DNA of 64,000 nucleotides, from the NCBI RefSeq assembly GCF_016433145.1, contig NC_058135.1:279931875-279995874 (forward strand), in the 5' to 3' direction. The notes under the pieces are model-generated. The model saw only the letters and a program-made list of their open reading frames with translations. It was not told where the DNA came from and ran no database searches. Of this stretch, positions 39,401 through 52,769 are shown piece by piece. The translations under genes and the position numbers were made by a program. The number at the start of each line of letters is the position of its first letter. The stretch's first letter is position 1. The stretch is from Gracilinanus agilis. Lineage: Eukaryota.

Positions 39401-39687
39401 AGAACATATGTTATTCCATTTATAATAAACATGTAAGCATAATGAGGTGGTTTAGGTACTGAGGGTTTAATAACAACATACAAGACTTTATATCATGCAA
39501 CAATGAATTTTTGCTAAAAACAAATATAGAAGAGGGCATTGAAAAAGATAAAGTTCATTGCATAAGAGAATTTAAAAAATATGAAAAGAAACTTTTGGGG
39601 AATAGGATAAAATCTAGAAAGACAGATCTCTTGAAAGGACAAGAAAAGGAAGAATCACAAACAATAGAAGTCAATAACAATTGATTC

Positions 39688-40313
39688 TGTAATAGGGAAT
39701 AAGTCAAGGTAGATAGGTGAAAATTTTAGATAATTATATTGGAAAATGCAAGCTTGAGCTGAACATTCTACGGGCTTTTGGAATGTGGCTGAAAGGCCAC
39801 AGGGCTTTTGAACTCTGGGACAGTTGGGAGTTTTGCCACTGGTGGAGGAGCTTGTGCCCTGATCTCACTGGAGAAACCCCACTTGGACTGCATTTTGAGG
39901 AACTACAAATAGGTCTGGATCAGTAGCTTTGGAGGGTGGACCACCAGGCCTGTGACAGCCTATTGTATTGACTCAGTGGAGTTTGTGGACCTCACCAACA
40001 CCCTGAACCCTGGGACAGCTGAGAACATTATTGGAGAAAGGAGTGAGATCCCCAAAACCCTTTCAAGTTTGCATTTAGCCTCGTATAGTGTAGTATAAGT
40101 TTTATCTTCCCTGCACTGATTTCCTGAACCACCTAAACCCCTGTTTCTTCCCTCCTATAGTTGTTAAGAATAGTTTGCCTCATTACCCACTTGCCTCACC
40201 TTATTCATTATTAAAATCCTTTAATGTTACTTCCTATTGTCTCAATATAACCCTAAAGGACTCACAGAAGGTTAATTAGGTCCCCTGGCTAAGTTGGGTT
40301 TTTAACTGTCACA
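39688..40313 (+). mobile_element. Probable solo LTR
   Basis: TG...CA termini, LTR-like composition, and absence from paralogous positions. No TSD verified. Confidence 0.6.
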
Positions 40314-40314
40314 C

Positions 40315-41540
40315 CAAGTATACCTGTCTTCCCCTATTCCCCTATTTCAGTTCCTAGATGTTTTCTCTGGCTGTTCCCATACCCTAAATAGCCTCTCCCT
40401 GATGGCCACTGGGAAGATCCAACTAAAATTCTATCTCCTACAGGAATGCATTTCAGACCTCTTTCATGCTACTGCCTTCACCTGTTAAGTCCTTACTAAT
40501 TATCCTGTCTAGATCTTTTGGGAATATATTTTTTTCTACCATTAGATGGTAATTTCTTTAAGGTCTGTCTGTGTCTTTTGTTTCTTTTTGTATCTTTAGT
40601 GCTTAACACGGTGACTAGAATATGATAGGTATGATAGGCACAAAATAAAGATTTATTGGTTAATTGATTAAGTGGAAAACTAATCACCTAGAGAAAGAAC
40701 ACTTCTGGGTAACAAAAAAAAAGATGAAATGACTGAGAAAAAAGGTTTAATCTTCTGAGCATATCAATTTATTAAGCAATTCTGGAGAATTGCAAACAAA
40801 TCTGGACAAGTTCCCTTCCTTAGCTTAGGACTAGACATTGAATACAGGGGGAGAGAGACATCTATTCAGTAAAATAACCAAATAAAGTCAATTAATTAAA
40901 AGTAATCAACAGATTAAGGAATCACATTTTTCATTAGAGGAAAGATTAGGGTCATTCCTAGTTGGGAGGGACAGAGTAACAGGACCAGTTTCCTGAATTC
41001 AAGGAAAGAGATGCCCCTCTCCTCCCAAGGCTTTGTACACTATCAAAAGAAAATGGAATCAATGACTGACTGATCAGTATAGGGCCAGTTTTTAGATAGC
41101 ATATATGGGTTGCTTGAGATGTACAATTGTAGGAAAACTCTTTACATCAATCTGAGGATATGACTGGGTTTCTGGTTATCTTAAACTAGGTCTTTGATTA
41201 GGATTCTCTAAACAACAGGTACAGGTGGTTCCTACAGGCCATACAGGGCTAGATTAAAACAGTGCAATAAGGTTTTCTCCCAGTTCCCAAAACTGAATAA
41301 AATTTTTTCACAAGACAGAATTGGGACTAAGCCCATAATTGAACAGAAAAGGAACTGAGCTACCTCTAGAATTGAGTGCCAGATGGAGTCAGGGTGGTTC
41401 ACACAATTCCCACCATCAACCACTTGCTGTCCTAATTCCCCAAATTTATTCATTTGTTTAAAAAAACTTCTGGGAAAACTATAAAGTTATCTGGCAGCAA
41501 TTGGGTTTAGATCAATATACTACACCATATTCCACAATAC
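40315..41540. repeat. Low-copy spacer block E/F (paralogs 54530-56620 and 62480-63535; partial 18420-18760, 53880-54160)
   Basis: Colinear similarity (e.g. aggtttaatcttctgagcatatcaattt, aatcaatgactgactgatcagtatagggccagtt). Confidence 0.85.
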
Positions 41541-41554
41541 ATTATAAGGGAAGA

Positions 41555-41755
41555 GGGGGCAGCTGGGTAGCTCAGTGGAGTGAGAACCAGGCCTAGAGAT
41601 GGGAGGTCCTGGGTTCAAATCTGGCCTCAGACACTTCCCAGCCATGTGATCCTGGGCAAGTCACTTGACCCCCATTGCCTACCCTTACCATTCTTCTGCC
41701 TTGGAGCCAATACACAGTATTGACTCCAAGATGGAAGGTAAGGGTTTAAAAAAAA
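41555..41755 (+). mobile_element. Young full-length opossum SINE1
   Basis: TSD CATTWTAAGGGAAGA at 41540-41554 and 41756-41770. Confidence 0.92.
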
Positions 41756-43776
41756 CATTTTAAGGGAAGAACTAACCTTAAAGGACATTATATATCATAC
41801 ATTAAAAAATATTAGAAGTGGTTCATATATTTCTCATAGCTAGGGGTAAGAGATGTATTCTAAAGCAAGTAAGGAATAGGAGACAATTAAAAATGTTAAA
41901 ATAAGTTACTTTAATAAATAACAATAAAAAAGCTACTATACACATAATATTAAAACACCTATGATAAAAATGAAATAAGGAGATTAGGGAAAAAAATCTT
42001 TGTATCAAGTTGCACAGATAAGAGATCGATATAAAAGATTATATATTTGTAAATTTATGTGTATGTGTGTATACATACATAATTATATATGTTTGTATAT
42101 ATAAAGATGGAAATATATAGATATAGAAGATAAAAATTTCTTTAAAAAATAATCATATTTATATCCAGCAAAATAAGCCTGAGGTTTCAACTTCCATCAT
42201 ATAAATGACAAAGGAAATCTAAAAAAGTAAATAATCCATATTGGAGGACCTGTGCAGTGATAAACACACTAATACATTGTAAGTAGAACTGTGAAATGGT
42301 ACCATCATTTTGGAAAGTGATTTTGAATTCTTCAAATACAATGACTAAAATTCCCATACACTTTGAACCATAGAGTTACATTTCTAGGATTATACCCCAA
42401 GCAAGCCACTATTAAGAAGAAAGTCCCCATATACAAGAAAGTAGGTCGAACGATCATTCTGAAGATAGTATAAATTGAATGCCCATAACCTGGAGAATGA
42501 CAAAAAAGAATTGTAGTTTTTGAATGCAATGAAATATTGTTGTGCTTTAAGAAATGCTCTATCAGTCTATCTGATAAATAGAGAACACAATGGTGAGAAG
42601 TGAGGAGGAAGTGACTTTAGAATTGATATTAGGGAAAAGTTTCTAAGCCATTACTGCTGTACAAAACCAAAATGGATAATTTGTAAAGGCAGTGGATTGC
42701 ACCACTTTGTAGGTCTTTAAACTGAGGCTGGATTCCTTGCTGGGAATGTTGGATGGAGACATCTTTGGGATATGGGATAGATTATAAGATCATTGAGGTC
42801 CCTTCCAATTCTCCAATTCTTTTATTCATTGATTCTTATTCTAATGATGTGAAATTATTTATTAATAATACCATAGAAGAGAAAACATCATGAAGAATAA
42901 TGAAACCTTAGGAAAATTTATATGCAGACCAATCCATACAAATTAGGAACTTTTATGCTACTCTATAAAAAGCTTAGACTTCCTGAAATAATGTAAAAAA
43001 AAACCTGACTTACACTCCAGTCAATCAAATCAGTGAAGAAAAATGCACTAAGTTCTTACTATGTGCCTACCACTCTGCAAAGTCATGTTTAGGACTGCTT
43101 CTATGAACACATATAATTAACTCTAAGTTCTCCCTCCAAACTCTTTAAGAATAAATGATGGGCAAAGGTTGCCTACCCACAACAGAATGGGGAATTACCA
43201 TACTGGGGGTTATACATATCATTTCACTCCCCATTTGACCACTCTTGCCAAATGTGAAAGAATGGAGAGAATAATGACTGATTTTCTACTGATCTTTTTA
43301 GCAAAACATTGAGATCAGTAACACAATGATGATGGCCCATCTCCTCAACTCACTCAACCATAGTCTGCCCAGATTCACCTAATGAATAAATATTCCTGAC
43401 CCATAAAGGCTGATGTGTACAACAAATCATAATTTTCTGTGATATAGGAATTCTGTGAAATCTCCTGTGAAAAAATGAACAGATTCATCAATTTCAAATG
43501 TCTTATCAACTGAGAGATGAAGTGAAAAAACATGCAGAATACCCAAATGTCTAGAAATTATAGATTATAAAATCAGACATGGGAAAAAAATAAGGAAAGA
43601 GATTTGAAAGCCCAACACAGAGTTTTAATGGAAAGATTTTTAAAACTCAAAGATGGAAATTTACTGCATATGATCCATGAAATATAAATTCTGAGTCCAA
43701 AAGAGTATGTATCTTAGAGATAATAAAGTAATAGACAAATACATGAGTACTTTTCTCCTTAATTAAAAGAAGATGC

Positions 43777-44706
43777 CTACTGAAGTCTTTTTCGCTGCAT
43801 GATTTTCTTAAAAGCACTGCTGACATCCTTATTCCTCAGACTATAAACCAGAGGATTCAACATGGGAATGACCATGGTATAGAACACTGAAGTCACTTTG
43901 TCTGTGTCAATGGAATGGCTAGAGCTGGGTTGTAAGTACATGAAGGTTATTGTTCCATAAAATATAGATACAGCTGTGAGATGGGAAGCACAAGTAGAAA
44001 ATGCTTTCTGGCGGCCCTCAGCTGAAGGCATCCTCAAAATGGCAATGAAAATGGAAAAATAGGATTTCATGATGAAAAAAAGAGAAAAAGCTGCAACAAA
44101 ACTAACACCAAAGAAGAGAACCAATTCATGGACATATGAAAGAGAGCAGGAGACAGCAAAGAGGGGAGGGACATCACAGAAAAAGTGATGGATCACATTA
44201 GAATTACAACAGTAGAGGCTGAAGGTGTTTGCTGTGTGAAGGGATGAACAAAGAAAACCAAAGATGTAGGATCCAATAACTAGACAGACACACACACTGG
44301 GTGTCATGGTGGTGGTGTAATGGAGGGGCTTACTCACAGCTACCTGACGATCATAGGCCATAGCAGCCAAGAGATAACTTTCAACAGTGGCAAAGTGCAC
44401 AAAGAAAAACATTTGTGCAGCACACCCACTATAGGAGATGATTTTGTCCCCTGGGAGGAATCCAGCTATCACTTTAGGAGTAATGGTGGAAGAATAGCCA
44501 AGATCAGTCAGAGAGAGGTTACTGAGGAAAAAGTACATGGGTGTGTGGAGATGGGAGTCCCACAATATCAGGACTATCATGCCTAGGTTCCCCACCAGGG
44601 TGATGAGGTAGATGATGGTGAATATTATGAAGAGGGGGATCTGAAGCTCGGGGGCATCTGTTAATCCTACCAGGATGAATTCCTTCACTTCGGAACAATT
44701 CTCCAT
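43777..44706 (-). CDS. Olfactory receptor, OR5B-like (G3), 309 aa
   Basis: Complete ORF with OR motifs. True start is MENCS at 44704-44706; the TTG-started extension in the ORF track is intronic/UTR. Confidence 0.95.
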   Translation of the reverse strand: MENCSEVKEFILVGLTDAPELQIPLFIIFTIIYLITLVGNLGMIVLILWDSHLHTPMYFFLSNLSLTDLGYSSTITPKVIAGFLPGDKIISYSGCAAQMFFFVHFATVESYLLAAMAYDRQVAVSKPLHYTTTMTPSVCVCLVIGSYIFGFLCSSLHTANTFSLYCCNSNVIHHFFCDVPPLFAVSCSLSYVHELVLFFGVSFVAAFSLFFIMKSYFSIFIAILRMPSAEGRQKAFSTCASHLTAVSIFYGTITFMYLQPSSSHSIDTDKVTSVFYTMVIPMLNPLVYSLRNKDVSSAFKKIMQRKRLQ

Positions 44707-46480
44707 AAATGCCTGTAGTGATTTGAGTGATTCCCCTGGGAAAGAGAACAACAATCAACAGCATAAAACATGGGAATTATCTTTCCTTCATGAGAGTGAC
44801 AGAATCATGTCTAATATAATATTATGCTACAAAATTCTGCAACATTAAAGTTGGTTTTTTTTCTAAGATCATACTAATGTTGAAGTTGAAGTTTTTCAGC
44901 ACACATCATGACATGCCCTATACTCATTAAGATCATTACTGAATAGTTCCTAAACCTCCTCAGCATCATTGACCTCCATTTTGATTATGTATAAGCCACA
45001 TATATTATGGTCACAGTATCTTTTAATTATATATTCTACCTCACTCCTCTTCTGCCTACATTTACTGCTTCCAGCAGATTCCAATCTCTACAATTCCTTT
45101 ATATCTATCATTTTTAAGTTCATTTCCCTGCCTCACTCTTTCCCCTTCACAAGACTGACAAAATGACTACTGATTCAACCATATTCCATCATCTATCCTA
45201 GAATTCCTTATTCTTTAGTCCTTTCACCAGTCAATCCAATCCAGCATTATGCTCATAACATACTTATAACTGTCTCACAAAAGTAGACAAGGTCCATAAC
45301 TATGTTGAAAGGTTTCTCTACTTTAAAAATGTTGTTACCTTGTCACTTGCAACCTCCATGAGCCAAACAAATTTAGTTATTTTTCCCCAATTAACTTTCT
45401 ATCACATTTTCCAATACCACATAATTTTTCTTGCAGCAGCAGAGGAAGAACTATTACTCCTGAATTCTCTTTCCATTTTCCATACTCCAATTCCCATTTT
45501 GTTATTTCCTGTGACCTCCTACTTCGTCCCTATTGCAGAGAAAGAGGTAGATCTTCTCACTGCCAAGCTTAATCAATATATATGTGCTCTTCAACTGGCC
45601 ACATTGAACCTCCTCTAAAAATATTAATAGATAGGTTTTATATAATATTATTGGGTTTTGACTATAATTTATTAATATTACCACATGTTATCCTCACAAG
45701 AACCTGGAATATAAATATTATACACATTTTACAAAGGAGAAAAAAGGAGACAAAGAGAAGAGACTTGCCAAGAGTCACATAGTGAGCACCTGAGGCTCAG
45801 TGTACTGATTCCAGAAAACATACTCCCTGATACCTGCAAAAATCCACCCCCTCAGTCATTCCTCTATTGTGTTTTCTTCTGCTTAGACACTTTCTCATTA
45901 CCAATTATTTAAAATAATGCCCACAGTCTATAATCATTTTTGAAAATCATCAATTTGAAAATGCATTCTCTACCTAATTACAGTTTGGTATTGCTGAAGC
46001 ATAGATATTCTTTATCTGTCTGGTGCTCTGTGCTCTTCAGGGGAACTCTACTTTTTCTGAGATAAAACATAAATTTCATTGTTTCACATTTAAAACCCTT
46101 CACCACTTCTCTCCATTGTACCTTCCTAGATTGATTTCATACCTTTCTCTCTCTTGTGAGCCATATATGCCAGGCAGACAGATCCACATCCATTTCTCCT
46201 TCCATGATCTCACATTTCCCACTAATGAGCCTTCCTATAAACTGCTTTTCATTCCTCTGAAGTTCAATCTCTTCAATAGTTACTCTTAAAATCCCTTGTT
46301 CCCTGAAATGTTCATCTCAAATGCCAACTCATACTCAGAATATTTCCTGTTCCTCTCATAGTTTCTGCCCAATATTAAAAGTTTACATCTCTTTGGTATA
46401 TATTTTCCATTGATTTATGCATGTAAATGGGATTTTCTACAAGAAGGATATAAAATAATTGAAGGTGAAATACTTGTGCT

Positions 46481-46521
46481 CTGTGTGTGTGTGTGTGTGT
46501 GTGTGTGTTTGTGTGTGTGTT
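46481..46521. repeat. (TG)n microsatellite; paralog at 59917-59956
   Basis: Seen directly, at the same intronic position in G3 and G4 and embryonic in G2 (~24170). Confidence 0.95.
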
Positions 46522-47732
46522 TGCATATGGGGAGGGGATTCTCAAAGATTAGCACAATGTCTAGAACATAGAAAAAATAATCTTTTTTTAATTAATTGAA
46601 TGAATAAAATTTAGCACAGAAGATCAAGAATTTCTCCAAAAACTCTTGAGGATTTGTTCATTTAAAACTTAGGGAACCTTTTAGGTCATCTACTCAATCC
46701 CTTCATGTATAAATGATTTGCCCAAAGTCTATATAACTCAGAGAGGATTTGAACCATCATACTATGGTTGCAAATATTAACCCATTTAAGAAGACCTGGT
46801 TTGGGGAAAATATTAGAGTTCACACTGAGGTATACTAGTCCTGTCATTACCACTAACTTACTCTGGAACTTTAGGCAGGTCACTTCCCCAATCTGTGTTG
46901 TTACATCACCCTCAGGATGAGGGAACAAGGCAAAATGGCCTTTTTTACAACCAATAAGTGCACTGGGATGTATGCAATTACAACACTTAAAAATGGAGAA
47001 ATCTGATAGACTTTTACTACTAAGATAAAAATATGATTTATAATAACTGGAAAAGATTTTTAAATTTCAGAGTTTGCAGTTCTATATGGAGAGCTTTGAA
47101 ATCCATGGGGGGAACAAATGATAGGTACTGGAAGCAATGGCAATTGATGGTGTGTCAAGACCATTTAATTTAGGGTGTGAGGCTTATATTGGAATTCCAC
47201 TTCTGCTATTTTCTACATGTCTTACCTTAATGAAGGCCCATTAGCATCTCAGAGGCTCATTTTCTTCATTTATAAAACTGGATCATCTCTTGGGTCTTTT
47301 TCCACTCAATCTTAAGATCTATGAGGGATATAACTGGCATAGAGGATAGAATGAAGCTTATGGAATCAGGAAGAATTGACTTGAAACTCTAAGACATTTG
47401 TTCTCTGTATGAACCTCGACAAGTCACCTAATATCTTTCAGCTTTAGTTTCTTCCTCTCTAAAATATCATCTGCCAACACAAGCATGAGTATCAACAGAA
47501 ATTTTACAGATGAACAGTGTTTTAAGAATCTTGAAGTGCTAAATAAATGCTAGCTAGCATTCTTATCTATCTGAATAGATTAACATGAAACATTATGAAG
47601 ATGGCAGTTCCAAATCTCTGACTTTAAACCCTCCATCTCCCCATACCTTGAACAAGGACATTATTTTTCTTTCATGTGGCACACATAGTACTGAATAAAC
47701 CTTCCATTAATATGCCAATATCTGATATCTAC

Positions 47733-48071
47733 CTGGGTCCTTTAAGGTGATGATAAGACTCAAGGGGGAAGGACTAAGTACTTTCACATAAGAATAAGTC
47801 TTTAATTAGAAACTTCATCCAAAGGCCAGCAGATTTGTGGGAAGTCTTCTCGGTGTCTGGGGCTAAAAACTGAGAATGATCCAGGTAAACGTCTGATGTC
47901 CTCAGTCACTGTTGTTCTTGGATCTTGGTGAGAGTAAGACCGCCAGATGAACTAAGGCATGCAAACACTGTTTTTTGATCTAATTGATACATGAATAATG
48001 ACAACCAAAAATAAAGTTTGTCCAGTGGACATTAGTCCAAATTAAGACAAAAAGGACTTTCTGTACCTTTT
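47733..48071 (-). other. Predicted non-coding first exon of G3 (intron 44736-47732)
   Basis: Donor CAG|GTAGAT; acceptor ttctctttccCAG, 29 nt before the ATG; same TATA-initiator spacing. Confidence 0.6.
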
Positions 48072-48235
48072 GGTCACAAACTTGTAGTCGATTTTTATAA
48101 AAAGGGGAATGTTGGTGCTCTTAGGGGACAAGTTACTCTGAGGACATCCACAGTTACTTTGCATGCACCTCTGAAAAACACATAATATCATACCCAGGTC
48201 TGTGGGGACTCATCATAATAATTACTAAGGGAAAT
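48071..48235 (-). promoter_or_regulatory. Putative G3 promoter
   Basis: TATAAAA at 48099-48093; TAATTA at 48219-48224, followed by a GGGA half-site. Confidence 0.55.
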
Positions 48236-48538
48236 CATGAGTGTATTCAGATGTTTTTGCCAGGGTAGCTCCATGGTACACAGAGAATATGGCTGCTCTC
48301 AGAAGACACAAGAAAGTAGGGCCATGAATTCACTAGTATAGGCATCATGGAGCAACATCATAGACAACAAGAAATTAGGCAGGGAATGTGGTAAGTCCCT
48401 TTGGTATCAAGTATAGTGACTTCTAATGATGCAGCTTCCAAGTATTTGCTTCCTTGAAGAAAAATGTCTGATGGGGCAAGGGTGTGGTATGCAGAGATTT
48501 GGTAGATTAATAACAGTGATACAAGAATGAAGAAATAA

Positions 48539-48732
48539 GGGGGCAGCTGGATGGCTCAGTGGATTGAGAGTCAGACCCAGAGATGGGAGGTCCTAGGTTC
48601 AAATCTGGCCTCAGACACTTCCTAGCTGTGTGACCCTGGGCAAATCACTTAACCCCCATTGCCTAGCCGTGTAACAATTTTAAAAAAATTAATATAGAAG
48701 GATATATAGAAAAGATATTAGGGTTTAAAAAA
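48539..48732 (+). mobile_element. SINE1 with a substituted 3' domain
   Basis: Perfect 16-bp TSD AAGAATGAAGAAATAA (48523-48538, 48733-48748). Sequence 48669-48720 does not match SINE1. Confidence 0.85.
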
Positions 48733-50089
48733 AAGAATGAAGAAATAAAAGAGAACCAGTGAATCATTCTGAAAACATACAGAAAACAGTAGAAGGCATT
48801 TCTAACGGGGACAGAGACAAGAAGTAAAATTTTAATATTGATTAAATTTAATAAAAACTTAAAGTATACAAAATGAAAATTAACAGCTTCCCATATTATT
48901 TTCTATTATTTGTGTTTTTTAAATCATCATATCGATTAATATCTATTTTTGCTCTTGTTCACTCATTTTTTAGCCATACTTGACTCTGTGAATCCATTCA
49001 GAATTATCTCAGCAGACATGGGTTCCTTTGTCATTTTATTTCCAAACTCATTTTACAGATGAGGAAATGATTAGACTGAATTAAGTGACTTTCCCAGAAT
49101 CATACTGCTAGGAAGGGTCTGAGGTCAAGGTTTGACTCATGAAGAGGGATCATCCTAATTCCAAGTGTGGTGCTTTTTATCCACTGTGCCACCTACATGT
49201 CCTAATCCCTATTAAAATTTAAAATAAAGGAATCTGGAAACACTTGCCTGAATATGTTCCAAGTAACCAATTCCCAAATAATCCACTTATGTGATAACTG
49301 GAAGGAGAAAATATAGCAGTTTCCTTTCTCTACCGCACTGATTTTCTCTAATTGTTTTCCAATCCAACAACCCAAACCCAAGAGAGAATTACTGCCTCTG
49401 TTGAAAAAATTCACTGATTTCTCCCATCATTCCTTGAAAAGAGAAATGATCATATTCTAAGGTCAACAAGTCCTAATTCTAGGAGCACTATATTGGATTT
49501 TGATCAAAAGAAGGGTCATTCTCTCTTTTGCCACTAAACTGCCTAATATCTATAGATTCTTCATAAGAGTGAAGGACAATCTACTTCAAACTATTAGTCT
49601 AATCATAGTGTGGTGAGAAGACACTGTCAAACCAAAAAATATGTGTGGGAGGGAATATTAACAATGATTCTTTTACCATTAAAGGATTATCATTCCCAAG
49701 TCACTTAATAGAAGGGTTAGTCATATCAAGGAGGAAGGTAAGAGACATATGAACCATTTCCTGTGCTCTACATGATTTCTACTGTAAGGACCGATCTAAG
49801 GTTCCTCAACAAGATGAATAGAAATTTTCTGAACTTCAGAAATAATCATGAAGTGAAGGTTGGAGTTATGAAAAATGGTTCAAATTCCCTAAATTCCTAT
49901 TAACTGCACATTAGAGTCGGTTATTTTAAAGCTACAGGGAAGATGCTTCTAAGGTCAGAAAGGAAAGGAAAGGAAAGATTAAGCTCTAATACTACTTGGA
50001 GGCTAAATAGAACGTGGGCCTTGGAGAGTTTTGCATTAGAAAAATATAAATGTATTTTTTAAAATATGTTTCTTAATTTAGGAGATAAT

Positions 50090-50285
50090 CCTAATAATGG
50101 CTTTTGCCTCTAGAAATTCTAATGGAAGTATTCTTAATATCTTTATTCCAGAAGCTATAGATGAAAGGACTCAACATCGGAAGGGCAATGAGGGAGAACA
50201 CTGATACCACTTTCTCTATAGTCATAGAATGGCTTCAGCATTGGATGATGACAACTTCTTGAGAATGCTGTGAAAATGATTAAAC
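50090..50285 (-). pseudogene. OR pseudogene remnant psi3 (TM7 and C-terminus only)
   Basis: Minus strand reads SHSMTIEKVVSVFSLIALPMLSPFIYSFWNKDIKNTSIRISRGKSHY*. It lies at the cassette position homologous to psi2 and carries no RTE. Confidence 0.8.
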
Positions 50286-50817
50286 CATCTTTTCACTGAA
50301 GCCCTCTATCAGAAGAAGAGAAGGAATTGGAGATGCCATGAGTTGTATCAAAACTCAACTTCATGATGATTGACCTGTTGATGAGCTTATCCTGTGTAAG
50401 AACAAGGGAAAATATGATGATGAAAGTAAAGACAAAACTGAGAAGGGCAGCTGATAGGTGTTTTTTGCTTCTATACATGTATTCCTTGTTGAAGGTGGAA
50501 AAAGAGTCACCAAACATTGCTGACTGAGTGCACAAGAAATCTAGCTTATATAACCAGAACTGGATGGCCATTCTTATGACTCCCTAATTATTTCACTATT
50601 CCTTTCACCAAAGCAGGGCTTTCAGAACTTTTCCTCAAAGTATATCTCAAAACTCTGACTCACTTCAGCTCAGAATAAGGCCTCGTATCTTATTGAAAAA
50701 ATTTGAAATAATTCGCTGAAGGGTACCTCTTCTACTTCATCTCACATCACCTGGATGCCTTATGCTATCATTTCTTTATTCCTTTCTTTCTTCATGAATG
50801 AATGTCCCCTTTCCCTG

Positions 50818-51764
50818 TGTAAGAATTATTGCAAGTGAGAAGGAAAAGGTGGTTCATATTTGGAACCCCAAGAAACTGAAGGCGGTTGAGAGGCAGTTAG
50901 AACTGGACTATATAAGGGGGTGATCCCCAGGCAGTGGAAGCTCATTCTGGGTTTGGGTCTTGGATGGTGGATGGTCTGATCAAGACACTCCATTGAACAT
51001 TAGTTGATCCAGGCCAGGAGCTCCATAAGCCTATTCCTGATATTCAGTTACTAGCTGTTTCATTCAATCCCCACTTTGATCTGTTTCCTGCTGCAGTTAT
51101 AAAATCAAACTAGCAGTAACATCATCACATCTTTTCTGAAGATCTTCAAGCTACATCTGACAACATCCTACTAAAGCTTGCTTATTTATTTATTTAATTT
51201 GTACTTGAATCATAGGTTAGGAGAGGGAGGAAACACTGTGAAGAGGCCTAGCCCTGTTTGGGTTGAGGCCAGCCTCTGGTCCATCTTAATTAGATAACAG
51301 AGATCTCCTCCTCCCTTTTACCTCACCTTTCAACTCTTTTCCCAATCAACTTTCACTTAGTAATTAAAGAAGTTACTTTATAGTTTTAATAGCTTATTGA
51401 TTCTATAATTAAGTAGGCCATTACTTCATAGAACTCTCCTTCACTCCAAAGTCTGGATGGAAGAGAGACCTCCATTAGTGGAGGTCCTTGTTGATTTTCA
51501 CACATATCCTTGTTTTTGGATCACACCTGTCAGCCAGTAGCATCCTTTCTAGTTGAAGATCACCTTCTCTCAACTAATCCATCAAGTTGAGAGAGAATTA
51601 GATCAGATCCTCTCAGTGAAGCCATTGTTCTATGTTCCCCCTGTAAGGACCTGCTTGACCAACCTCTTGTGGGAAACCTAACAGCTACTCCCCTAAGAAG
51701 TACTCATCCCCAACATGAGGCTTAAGTGGCTGCAATGCCAACTTCAGCCTGCATCATCCTTACA
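50818..51764 (+). mobile_element. Solo ERV LTR
   Basis: Termini TGTAAG...CTTACA, perfect TSD CCTG (50814-50817, 51765-51768), TATATAA near 50909, and an empty site at ~38245. Confidence 0.9.
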
Positions 51765-52769
51765 CCTGTGAATGTAAATCCCTCTGTACACACTTTCCTG
51801 TACACACTTTCAAATGCCATCCTATATTCTCTGAGTAGGAGGAAACAGTCCACATTAGCAAATATATCAAATTAAAATATACAAATAACCCATCCCTTAA
51901 GGGAAATGATCATATTCCTAGTGTGAAGCCCAGTCATCAGTTTGAGAGCAACACCTAAAATGTAAATACAGTTCACCACATGGAAAAGGAGATGATCTCC
52001 TGAAGAGACATTCAAGAGTACCTAGCAACCTATGCCTGGCCTTTGAACAAGTCTTATTTCAATTGAACTCTAATATTGTGACCCCTTACCTCACCTTGTC
52101 TGGTGAAAGTCACTAACCTATATGGAAAGGCCTCAGAAATTTTCCCCTTTTGAGGCCATGTAGTCCCAAGAAAGATACCTTCTATGGAATTCTATATTTG
52201 AATTTTTTATCCCTTTATTTTTCCAGGGAGTGAAGTGTTTGACCATGGAAGTTTCAAAAGGTCAGGAGAGTGAGTTATAGGAACCCAAGTACTTGAAGAT
52301 CATTCCAAATTTTGTAGTCAATTGAGTACTAATATTCTGAGGGACAAGGAACCACCTCTAAGAGTGACCTCCAGGAGTACATCTCAAGAGGAGATGAGAA
52401 GCAAAAATCCATTACATAGTTCATCACACAAACTGGTCATGAACTTGATGGGACCAATGATATGTAGGAACTGAGATAAATTGGGAGCCTGATCTCCCAA
52501 GAGACTGAGGAGGTACAGAGTGGATTATGCCACCAAAGTACTTGGGAATATGTTTACACATTCTTTTCTTTTCTTTTCTTAGGAGCAAATATCCTTTTCT
52601 AATAGTTATTCAATGTCAAAAGGAAATGAGGCACTTGTCACTGGCTCATAACAAGATTTAAATGTTATAGTCTCATTCATAACTAATAGGTAATCTTACA
52701 GGTTGATTTGTGAGATACAAACTTTGAATTGATAAAAATTGACAAAAAAATTGTTTGTTTGTTTGTTTG

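Noticed and set aside
41555-41640. tRNA-like A/B boxes at SINE heads
   Set aside because: They are tRNA-derived SINE 5' ends, not tRNA genes.
51467-51593. Short hairpins in LTRs (GACCTCCA/TGGAGGTC, CTCTCAACT/AGTTGAGAG; also TCCAGGCCT/AGGCCTGGA near 63690)
   Set aside because: These are 8-9-bp stems inside retroviral LTRs, where such structure is ordinary. There is no evidence for a separate RNA.
51784-51811. Exact 14-bp tandem duplication CTGTACACACTTTC x2
   Set aside because: It is a simple slippage event in L2-derived DNA, and the two copies have no spacer, so it is not CRISPR-like.
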